A DNA stretch of 64,000 nucleotides. Origin: an uncultured Bacteroidales bacterium (GTDB lineage: Bacteria > Bacteroidota > Bacteroidia > Bacteroidales > UBA10428). How positions within the stretch are numbered: the first letter of the stretch is position 1; each line of letters opens with the position of its first letter. The stretch covers positions 1,841,857 through 1,905,856 of the forward strand of contig CAVQXX010000015.1 in NCBI GenBank assembly GCA_963717995.1, given 5' to 3'. The translations under genes and the position numbers were made by a program. Below the pieces are notes generated by a model. The model was given only the letters and a program-made list of their open reading frames with translations. It was not told the origin of the DNA and made no database searches. This document shows, piece after piece, positions 56,783 to 64,000 of this stretch.

Positions 56783-58093
56783 TTATTTACTGATAATTTC
56801 ATCGATATCTCCGTTATTGTAAAGTAAAACCTCTGTCTCCCTTCCTTCCTTATTATACACATGCCATTCACCGCAACGGGTGTTGGCAATGTAATTTCCT
56901 TCCAGCTTCTTCTTACCATTTTCGTAATAAAGGCAATAGGATCCCGAACGGTCGTCGTTAAAATAATTGATAGTCTCCTGCAGTTTCCCTGAAGGATAAA
57001 ATGATTTCTCCAATCCGGTCGCATCATCATTTTCATACAACGATTCCCGCAAAGGAACTCCCGTGATATAAAAGGAGCGGTACTCTCCCTGGTATAGCCC
57101 ATTCCTTAAGCCAAAACGTGCGGCAACCTTGCCATTGGGATAATACGCCACGATTTGCTTTGTGTTTTTGTCAATAGCAATATCAGGCAACAGTTTGCCT
57201 GTTTTATCTTTATAAGCATAGCTTACCAGTGAACCATCATTATACTTCAACCTGTACATGAGATTTCCATCGGGAGCATAATAATCTGCATAACCATTTC
57301 GCTCATCATTGCTGAAGCTGATTTCACGTGAGATTTTTCCATTGATATAATAACCTGTACATTTCCCCTGGTACTGTCCCTGTTCAAAATCAGCAGTATA
57401 AACCAGTTTTCCATCCTCATACCATTTCCCCTGTCCATTGAGCTCTCCAAAAAGATAAGGAAACTCCCGCATCGGATTTCCTTTGTAATCAAAGGTGCTA
57501 AAAATTCCTTCCGGTTTACCATACAGGTAATCGGATTTCGAGGCTAGATTTCCGTTCGGAAAATAAGATGTCTGAATGCCATGCAGAAGGTTATCGCAAT
57601 AACTGATTTTTGCCTTTGTCTGTCCGCCCGGATAATTTATATCCGAATTACAGGACCCCCACTCATAATCCACATCTGCGATGATATGGCCCGAATGATC
57701 ATACACGATGGATCTTATTGTTTCTCCATCATTATTGAAAAATTCTTCTGAAGTAATTTTACCATCCGTTCCATAGTTCAAAAGACGGCCTGCCTGAACT
57801 CCGTCAACATAAAATGACCGGCTTTCAAGCGTATCATTGGAATAATAGTACAACCATTCCCCGTTACGGCCTTCTTTGTTATACTGGCCAATCACTTCCG
57901 GATGTCCGTTGATCCTGTATTTTTTGTAGGTCCCGATTATATTGTTGCTGTCGCAGCTATATTCCTCCTTCAAAGTACCATTGGCATAATATGTTTTTTG
58001 AGGTCCCGAAAGAAGTTCATCATCATATAGATAATCCTCGATCAACAGTCCCAGGGGATTGTACTTTTTCCAAACTGCCCTGCCATACCCCAT
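56783..58093 (-). CDS. MORN-variant (YwqK-type) repeat protein. Probably the 3' portion of a gene interrupted by a frameshift.
   Basis: More than 12 repeats of the Y..NG.....Y..G...G.W..Y type. It has no signal peptide, and its start overlaps the upstream ORF by 71 nt. Confidence 0.6.
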   Translation of the reverse strand: MGYGRAVWKKYNPLGLLIEDYLYDDELLSGPQKTYYANGTLKEEYSCDSNNIIGTYKKYRINGHPEVIGQYNKEGRNGEWLYYYSNDTLESRSFYVDGVQAGRLLNYGTDGKITSEEFFNNDGETIRSIVYDHSGHIIADVDYEWGSCNSDINYPGGQTKAKISYCDNLLHGIQTSYFPNGNLASKSDYLYGKPEGIFSTFDYKGNPMREFPYLFGELNGQGKWYEDGKLVYTADFEQGQYQGKCTGYYINGKISREISFSNDERNGYADYYAPDGNLMYRLKYNDGSLVSYAYKDKTGKLLPDIAIDKNTKQIVAYYPNGKVAARFGLRNGLYQGEYRSFYITGVPLRESLYENDDATGLEKSFYPSGKLQETINYFNDDRSGSYCLYYENGKKKLEGNYIANTRCGEWHVYNKEGRETEVLLYNNGDIDEIISK

Positions 58094-60080
58094 TCACCAG
58101 TTTTCCTTCTTTCCTGAGCGTTCCGTCAGAATAGTAAATCTTTGAATATATTTCATTTCCCGATTCTTCAGCAACATACAGGGTATTTCCTTTCGAATCA
58201 AAAGATTCAATTCGTTTCAGGGTATCCTGCCTGTAAAATCGCTTCATTTGTTCCTTTCCATCCTGAAAATACTCTGTGCAGGTTCCATGGAGTAATCCTT
58301 TCCTGAATTCATTCTGAATATTGGTCACCTTCCCGAACATGTCAAAAGACTTGAATTCCCCTGTAAGATCTCCCTCGGAGTCGTATTCCCCGCTTTCCTC
58401 CAGCACCCCGTTAACATGATACTTTGAATATTTGCCGGTTTTTACACCCTTTACATAATTGTATTCAGATTCTGGCTTGCCATTAGCAAACCAGGTTGAA
58501 TACTTTCCGTCGTAATCGCCTTTCACAAAGTGGCATTCCTGTTTAGGCATCCCGTTCATCCATTTTTCAATCTGACGGCCTTCAACTGTATCGTTTACAT
58601 AACTGAACTCCCTTGAGAATCCGGCCTCATAATTATTGAAAACACCCGGGCCATTCAACACATTATCTGTATATACATTCTCAGAGACAAGGTTGCCGGA
58701 TGCAGTATATTCCTCTACTTTTCCGTTTTTGCGACCTGCTTTCATGGGATAAAAGCCTGATTTGGCCCCGTTGGGATAATAGGTAATGCATGGGCCGTCA
58801 AGCAATCCGTCATGAAAGGAAAGTCGTTGCTTTACTGCTCCATTTGGCCAAAAGATCAGCCACTCTCCTTCTATTTTGTCATTAATATATTTCCCCTTTT
58901 GACTGATGCCGCCATCTTTATTGAGTTCGATAAAGTCCCCGTTTTTGATATTCGCATCTCCTTCCATGTTTCCAATGGAAGACAAATTGCCATCATCATC
59001 GAAATGATAAAATGTGATATTCTTTTCTTTTCTTTCCATTGAAAAAGCACTCGCGCGACAGGAGTTTATCATATTCTGTGAATGGCTTATAAAGTCATTC
59101 ACCATTGCCGTGTTATTATTCATCCAGGCAGTTACTTCCTCACTGCCTGTATTTTTCAGTAAAAAATGCAGATATAATTCAAGGTAACCTGTCCTGATCA
59201 TATCAGTAAAGAACTGTGCATAACAGCTGCTATAAAATGATGTATCCGATTTGCTGAACTGAAGGCTGTTGAGCAGGATGTATGATTGCTTTGAAACCAT
59301 ATAATTCAGATCATACGGATATTCAAAATCATCTTTAAAGGCAAATTCGGCCTGAAGCAGGGCTGACGATCTGTCCCAATGACTGTGATCATATCCGGCC
59401 GGATAAGGATACAGATAAGAGCGTGGAATAACGTTCAACCGGCCTGTGATGGCATTATCGAATTCCTTGAGGTTTTTCAGACCCGGAGAAATTAAAATAG
59501 CCATATTGTAAGCCAGGTATGACTGTGCAATCCTTCCCATGGCAAAATTGGCCTTAGCTACCGCCATGTGGCTTTTTGCATGAAATGGATTAATTCGCAG
59601 ACTCTTCAGCAGTACCTCCTCTGCTTTCACCGGATCTCCTGCGTTCAGATAGCAGACACCCAGGTTATACAACAGGTTGGTATTATAAGGCCACTGTTGC
59701 AGGGCTTTTTTTAAAATTACTATGCCCTCTCCGGGTTTTCCATTGTCATCATAAATGCTTCCTGTTAAACTGTAAACGCCGGGTTCATCGTAATGCAGAA
59801 ATTCAGCCTCCCTGCATTTGGCAAGCGCCTTTTCCAAATCGCCGGAATAGTAATAACTGAGGCCCATCTCATAGCATACCCGTGCATATTCAGGATCACA
59901 GGGACTGACTTTCTGCAATATTTGAACCGCGGTTATATAATCACTTTTGTCATGATACTCAATCGCCTTTTTAATCAACTCATCTGATGTTCTGCCTGCC
60001 AGGGAGTCGGGTTGTGAAAAAAGGATTTGCGAAGTAAGAAGAAAGAAAAAGACAAGAAAAACCTGAAAAAATATCTTCAT
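58023..60080 (-). CDS. Secreted TPR-repeat plus MORN-variant (YwqK-type) repeat protein
   Basis: Signal peptide 'MKIFFQVFLVFFFLLTSQILFSQ' and about 5 TPR-like repeats (residues 30-200). The C-terminal half carries MORN-variant repeats that continue into ORF 56783-58093 in another frame. Confidence 0.7.
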   Translation of the reverse strand: MKIFFQVFLVFFFLLTSQILFSQPDSLAGRTSDELIKKAIEYHDKSDYITAVQILQKVSPCDPEYARVCYEMGLSYYYSGDLEKALAKCREAEFLHYDEPGVYSLTGSIYDDNGKPGEGIVILKKALQQWPYNTNLLYNLGVCYLNAGDPVKAEEVLLKSLRINPFHAKSHMAVAKANFAMGRIAQSYLAYNMAILISPGLKNLKEFDNAITGRLNVIPRSYLYPYPAGYDHSHWDRSSALLQAEFAFKDDFEYPYDLNYMVSKQSYILLNSLQFSKSDTSFYSSCYAQFFTDMIRTGYLELYLHFLLKNTGSEEVTAWMNNNTAMVNDFISHSQNMINSCRASAFSMERKEKNITFYHFDDDGNLSSIGNMEGDANIKNGDFIELNKDGGISQKGKYINDKIEGEWLIFWPNGAVKQRLSFHDGLLDGPCITYYPNGAKSGFYPMKAGRKNGKVEEYTASGNLVSENVYTDNVLNGPGVFNNYEAGFSREFSYVNDTVEGRQIEKWMNGMPKQECHFVKGDYDGKYSTWFANGKPESEYNYVKGVKTGKYSKYHVNGVLEESGEYDSEGDLTGEFKSFDMFGKVTNIQNEFRKGLLHGTCTEYFQDGKEQMKRFYRQDTLKRIESFDSKGNTLYVAEESGNEIYSKIYYSDGTLRKEGKLVNGVWQGSLEKVQSPGTVDRGLSI

Positions 60081-60243
60081 GGTAAACTAATCATGAATGA
60101 ATAAACCAATCGTTGAATCCATCGCCACTTTATGTTAGTATAGGTTACTGTTTCCTGAAAGAAAATGTTTCATTTTAACAGCTATTTAACGAATGGTATT
60201 CCCATAAAATTTTAACATTTTTTTTAATTTCCGCTATTGTATT

Positions 60244-60283
60244 TACGAAACTCTTCGTATATATTTGTACGAAGATTATCGTA
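60244..60283. promoter_or_regulatory. Two TACGAA/TTCGTA dyads, candidate BlaI-family operators
   Basis: TACGAA-actc-TTCGTA at 60244-60259 and TACGAA-gatta-TCGTA at 60268-60283. They flank a TAnnTTTG box about 100 nt upstream of the repressor gene. Confidence 0.5.
60258..60265 (+). promoter_or_regulatory. Candidate -7 box TATATTTG between the two dyads
   Basis: Exact TAnnTTTG match that overlaps the right arm of dyad 1. Confidence 0.4.
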
Positions 60284-60371
60284 GATGAAGAATATGTTAC
60301 CTGAGACCATAAATGTTGAGATGGATTTGAAACCCATCTCTACAAAATCTGACAATTAATAATTATCCAAA

Positions 60372-60776
60372 ATGTCAAAACTACGCACAACCGATTCCGA
60401 ACTCGAAATCCTCGAAATCCTCTGGGAAACAGGTACTGCCACAGTCCGCCAGGTGAATGAGGAACTGGAATACAAAGGAAAAAACGTGGGTTATACCACA
60501 ACGCTTAAAATGATGCAGATAATGACAGAAAAAGGATTACTGGATAGGGAAATGGACGGGCGCACGCATGTTTACCGGCCCCTGATCCAGGCCGGGGCGG
60601 CACGGAATGCGCTGATTGACCGGGTAGCAAATGCTGCATTTGGCGGATCTGCCATGAAACTGGTTTTGCAGGCGCTTGGCAATCATAAGGCCACCCCGGA
60701 TGAACTCAGGGAAATAAAAGCCCTTATTGACAAACTCGAAAAAGAACAAAAAACTGACCATCATGGAAATCAATAG
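60372..60776 (+). CDS. BlaI/MecI/CopY-family transcriptional repressor
   Basis: 'SELEILEILWETGTATVRQVNEEL......GYTTTLKMMQIMTEKGLL.RE.DGRTHVY.P' is the winged-helix penicillinase-repressor fold pattern. Confidence 0.9.
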   Translation: MSKLRTTDSELEILEILWETGTATVRQVNEELEYKGKNVGYTTTLKMMQIMTEKGLLDREMDGRTHVYRPLIQAGAARNALIDRVANAAFGGSAMKLVLQALGNHKATPDELREIKALIDKLEKEQKTDHHGNQ

Positions 60777-62538
60777 TGAATTGATTCGATCGCTGGGGAT
60801 GGCATTGGTTCATTCCCTCTGGGAGGGACTGGTCATCCTGGTCCTGGTATTATTCGCCCTCTCACTGACGCATAGGTCAAATGCCAGGCTTCGTTACGTA
60901 CTGCTTGTTTCAGGTCATTTCCTGCTGCTGGCTGCATTTATCGCCACCTGGTATAGTACCTATCACCATAATATGGCAACGGCTATAAAACCTTTGACCC
61001 TGGTTTATTCACAGGTGAATGGATTAGCCAGTACATCATCCATTGCATTGAAAACGGCTGATTATGCAACCACTCTCAGTCAATTTCTCGAACCTCTGTA
61101 CCCAGCTCTGGCTGTGGGATGGACACTGGGTTTCATCTTTATGCTGATAAGGATGACCGGTGGATTTTATTTTTCTTATACCATCATGAGGAAAGATATT
61201 TTTCTCCCCGATCCTTCCCTTCTGGACCTGTTTGAAAAGGCAAAAACCAGGTTGTTGATGCCCGTCGCTCTGAATTTACGGATGTCGGCCCGGCAAATCA
61301 GCCCCATGGTTTTGGGCATCTTTAAACCTTGTGTAATAGTACCTGCTGCCATCTTGTCCGGTTTAAACACCGAACAGGTGGAAGCCATACTGGTCCATGA
61401 ACTGGCACATATCCGCAGGCATGATCATATTCTGATGATCCTGCAGGCAATCATCACACAGATCCTGTTTTTTCACCCGGTGGCATGGTATTTCTCATCC
61501 GAAATCAACCGCGAACGTGAAAACTGTTGTGATGATCTTGTTATTAAATCGTTTCCGAATCCGATTAACTATATAAAAGCACTCACCATGATACAAGAAT
61601 TGAATGTTGACGGACAAGTTCCGGCAAACGCCCTCGTTGGGCGGTCAAAACGCCTGCTCGGCAGAGTAAAACGTTTGTTGAAAACTGAAAAAAGTCATGC
61701 ACCTGTATTTCGAATGGCCGTGATATTCCTTTTATTGGTTACCCTTGGCGTTGCCGCCGTTACAATTGCCTCGGCAGGTAATCAGGGAACCAAAAAAAGC
61801 ATTGGAAAGTTCTTTTCAGTTAAGCCAGAGAAGATGCAGGTTGTGGCTGATACAACCAAAACCAAAAAGCACGAAAAAACTACAGTAAAACCAGAATCAG
61901 GCAATGCTGAAGACAGTAAAAAGCAGAAAGAAATGGCAGAGGCCGGCCGTAAGCTTGAAAAAGCCCAGCTAGAAATGCAAAAGGCTCAGCTTGAACTGGA
62001 AAAGGCCAGGGAGGAGTTTATGCGTGCCGGCGGGCAGATGCGAAGCCATGATATGGCCGACCTGTCGGAAGAACGAGCGAAACATCTCATGATGGAAGAC
62101 CAGATGCGGGAATTTAAACTGCAACATGAAAAGGAATTTGATGAACAGCGAAGGGTTATGGAGTTACGTCGCCGTGACATGGAAGAACATATGCGCAGAT
62201 CACAGGAAGATATGCGCAGATCAGAGGAGGAAATGCAGGGCGAAATAATGCGTCGACAGGAGATGAAAAGGCAAATGGAGCATTTTTATCAAATGAAAAA
62301 GGACAGTAACTTTCTCATGAAACATCGAAATCCCTATATGCATGCATATCCTCATGCACCGGTACCTCCTCCTCTGCCCCCGGCTGATATCAGTGCTCCT
62401 GATCTTCCTGACCTTGAAAACCTGGTTCAACCAGAGCCTGTTGAACCCTTGCAGCTAATTAATGAAGATCGGGGTACTCAGGATAAGGAAAAAGCTGAAC
62501 AACTGGATTCAAAACTGAAGGAAGTAGAAACAGAATAA
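60763..62538 (+). CDS. BlaR1-like M56 family membrane metallopeptidase with an atypical coiled-coil/Met-Arg-Glu-rich and Pro-rich C-terminus
   Basis: Multiple TM helices and 'VHELAHIRRHDH' (HExxH). The start is probably ATG 60763, overlapping the repressor stop. The C-terminal ~220 aa are low-complexity charged coiled coil ('EEHMRRSQEDMRRSEEEMQGEIMRRQEMKRQMEHF') followed by 'PHAPVPPPLPPADISAPDLPDLE'. No penicillin-binding or TonB C-terminal domain is recognisable. Confidence 0.8.
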   Translation: MEINSELIRSLGMALVHSLWEGLVILVLVLFALSLTHRSNARLRYVLLVSGHFLLLAAFIATWYSTYHHNMATAIKPLTLVYSQVNGLASTSSIALKTADYATTLSQFLEPLYPALAVGWTLGFIFMLIRMTGGFYFSYTIMRKDIFLPDPSLLDLFEKAKTRLLMPVALNLRMSARQISPMVLGIFKPCVIVPAAILSGLNTEQVEAILVHELAHIRRHDHILMILQAIITQILFFHPVAWYFSSEINRERENCCDDLVIKSFPNPINYIKALTMIQELNVDGQVPANALVGRSKRLLGRVKRLLKTEKSHAPVFRMAVIFLLLVTLGVAAVTIASAGNQGTKKSIGKFFSVKPEKMQVVADTTKTKKHEKTTVKPESGNAEDSKKQKEMAEAGRKLEKAQLEMQKAQLELEKAREEFMRAGGQMRSHDMADLSEERAKHLMMEDQMREFKLQHEKEFDEQRRVMELRRRDMEEHMRRSQEDMRRSEEEMQGEIMRRQEMKRQMEHFYQMKKDSNFLMKHRNPYMHAYPHAPVPPPLPPADISAPDLPDLENLVQPEPVEPLQLINEDRGTQDKEKAEQLDSKLKEVETE

Positions 62539-62629
62539 TCAATTTTCGCCGAAATCCCGGGCCTGGCAGTGAGGGTAGTTTGGCAATCATGTTTACTTTG
62601 GCTATTTTTAGCCGCAAATTAAAGAAAAC

Positions 62630-64000
62630 ATGGCTCCCCGAACTACCCTTCTGCTTTCCGGATTATTGATCACATCAGCTATTTTCGGCCAGAATTCAAA
62701 TATCAAACAGATACAGCTAACTGACTTTGACCTTCAATCCGGCGCAATCATCAGTGCATCGGGTGAACAATTATCAATGCCAGCGTATCATTCCCCGGTT
62801 TACTGGTTTCCGGTAAAAGTTCCTTCCACAGTACTTACCGGACTAGTCGCCAACCGGGTTTATCCTGATCCCTATTCCGGCATGAACAACATGCTGATAC
62901 CGGATGCCTCTGACAGCTTCAATATACAATATGACCTCGGCAAATACAGCCATATTCCGAATGTTTCAAATCCCTGGAAAAATCCATACTGGTACCGGAC
63001 AACGTTTGCGGTACCTGCAGGGGATAAGGGACGAAGGTTCCAGCTGATTTTCAAAGGTATCAATTACAGGGCTGGTGTATGGGTAAACGGACACCAGGTT
63101 GCTGATTCCTCTAGGATGGCTGGTATGTTCGCTGAATATTTTCTCGATGTTACCGACTATGTGAAGGCTGGAGAACAAAATGCCCTTGCCGTGAAGATCT
63201 ATCCGCTCGATTACCCCGGATTACCTGCACGTGAGCAGCTTAAAGCGCTGGATGATTTTTATGAAAACGGCGGCCCAACAGGAGATATAGGAAAGAACGT
63301 AACCATGTTGTGTTCCGTAGGATGGGACTGGATACCGCCGGTAAGGGACCGGAATATGGGTATCTGGCAGCCGGTTTTCCTGAGAACCACAGGCGGCGTT
63401 ACAATCAGCCATCCCCATGTGATCACTGAATTGCCCGGCCTCCCGGATACAAGCACGGCCAGGCTTTCACTCAGCTTCGTGCTTCAGAATCTGACAGGTG
63501 CCAGGACAAAAGGAAAACTCGCCATTGTAATCAGACCCGAAAATTTCAAGGGTGAATCCATACAGTTTTCCAAAGAGATCACACTGAATGAAGGTTATAC
63601 CGGTAAAATAGAATTAAACAGCGCCACCTTCAGCCAATTGCTGATATCCCAACCCCACCTGTGGTGGCCGATTCATTATGGCCGGCCGGATCTTTACCGG
63701 CTGGAGGCGGAATTTGTCACCCCGTCAGGAGTAACCGACAAGTCAACCGTAGTATTTGGTATCCGTACAGTCAGTTCCAAAACAGTACAAACTCCACAGA
63801 GCTTCCACCGTGATTTTTATGTGAATGGACAGCGCGTTTACCTCCTGGGAGGTGCATGGGTGCCTGATATGATGCTGAATACCGATTCAACCCGCTACGA
63901 TGATGAATTAAGGCTTTGCAGGAATGCCAATGTCAATCTGCTTCGAATCTGGGGCGGTGGAATAACACCTCCGGATGTATTTTTTGACCTGGCTGACCGG
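62630..64000 (+). CDS. Glycoside hydrolase family 2, beta-mannosidase / exo-beta-glucosaminidase-like subgroup (3'-truncated by the window edge). Absent from the supplied ORF track.
   Basis: My own translation from ATG 62630 is open for 457 codons to the window end: 'MAPRTTLLLSGLLITSAIFGQ' (signal peptide), 'FQLIFKGINYRAGVWVNGHQV', 'VGWDWIPPVRDRNMGIW', 'LWWPIHYGRPDLYRLEAEF' and 'NVNLLRIWGGGITPPDVFF'. Confidence 0.85.
   Translation, partial: MAPRTTLLLSGLLITSAIFGQNSNIKQIQLTDFDLQSGAIISASGEQLSMPAYHSPVYWFPVKVPSTVLTGLVANRVYPDPYSGMNNMLIPDASDSFNIQYDLGKYSHIPNVSNPWKNPYWYRTTFAVPAGDKGRRFQLIFKGINYRAGVWVNGHQVADSSRMAGMFAEYFLDVTDYVKAGEQNALAVKIYPLDYPGLPAREQLKALDDFYENGGPTGDIGKNVTMLCSVGWDWIPPVRDRNMGIWQPVFLRTTGGVTISHPHVITELPGLPDTSTARLSLSFVLQNLTGARTKGKLAIVIRPENFKGESIQFSKEITLNEGYTGKIELNSATFSQLLISQPHLWWPIHYGRPDLYRLEAEFVTPSGVTDKSTVVFGIRTVSSKTVQTPQSFHRDFYVNGQRVYLLGGAWVPDMMLNTDSTRYDDELRLCRNANVNLLRIWGGGITPPDVFFDLADR

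Noticed and set aside
56638-57102. 154-aa ORF spanning the junction between the MORN gene and the transglutaminase-like gene
   Set aside because: It is an alternative frame of two supported CDSs. I considered it only because its internal ATG (56779-56781) is the sole ATG near the start of the 640-aa gene, but the peptide it would encode (MYIPVGDWNHN...) has no signal or domain character.
58060-58095. Programmed +1 ribosomal frameshifting as the explanation for the split MORN gene
   Set aside because: It is not rejected outright, but it is not supported either. I see no known +1 shift motif (for example a prfB-like CUU UGA C with an upstream SD-like element). A mutation or sequencing error is the more economical reading until orthologues or peptides say otherwise.
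1-64000. tRNA, rRNA, tmRNA, RNase P, riboswitches, transposases, integrases, prophage or defence-island genes
   Set aside because: I scanned every spacer longer than 75 nt by eye for T-loop (GGTTCGAAT-like) and RNase P (GAGGAAAGTCC) signatures and found none. No ORF shows DDE transposase, tyrosine recombinase, restriction, Cas or abortive-infection hallmarks. This negative result is limited by manual inspection. tRNAscan-SE, Infernal and a defence-system finder should be run to confirm it.

Overview
This is a 64-kb chromosomal segment from a Bacteroidota genome, probably Bacteroidales or Marinilabiliales-like. Three things support that placement: the conserved uppS-bamA-skp-skp-murI order, TAnnTTTG-type promoter boxes, and families typical of the phylum (DUF3857/transglutaminase, DUF6089-like, YwqK/MORN-variant). 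I support about 50 protein genes. By eye I found no rRNA, tRNA, CRISPR array, transposase or integrase.

Housekeeping genes: alaS, uppS, bamA, two OmpH/Skp genes, murI, korAB, nadK, pdxJ and apbE.

Accessory blocks:
- A GntR-linked cluster at 702-10455 with lipoyl E2, fused E1 alpha/beta, a PHP-like protein, a class-II-aldolase/SDR fusion and a long Zn-dehydrogenase.
- Three GH2 glycosidases. The third (62630 to the window end) is missing from the ORF track because it runs off the edge.
- A 999-aa protein with two receiver-like domains and a PPDK_N-like domain, next to korAB and a tandem Usp.
- A crtI/crtB pair.
- A LemA-TPM-TPM trio.
- A BlaI/BlaR1-like pair with candidate operator dyads.
- A tightly packed minus-strand operon (52891-60080) encoding TPR+MORN-variant repeat proteins, one transglutaminase-like protein with an intact triad and one with a degenerate triad.

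Most unusual signals:
1. Nearly every 3'-side intergenic spacer holds 7-, 8- or 14-nt tandem arrays, never a multiple of 3. Unit families recur at distant loci in both orientations. Some form inverted arrays that act as, or bracket, terminators.
2. A hairpin family shows compensatory stem substitutions.
3. There are two frameshift-type disruptions and one gene whose signal peptide has no ATG.

Every functional call rests on motif or family recognition by eye. No database search was run.
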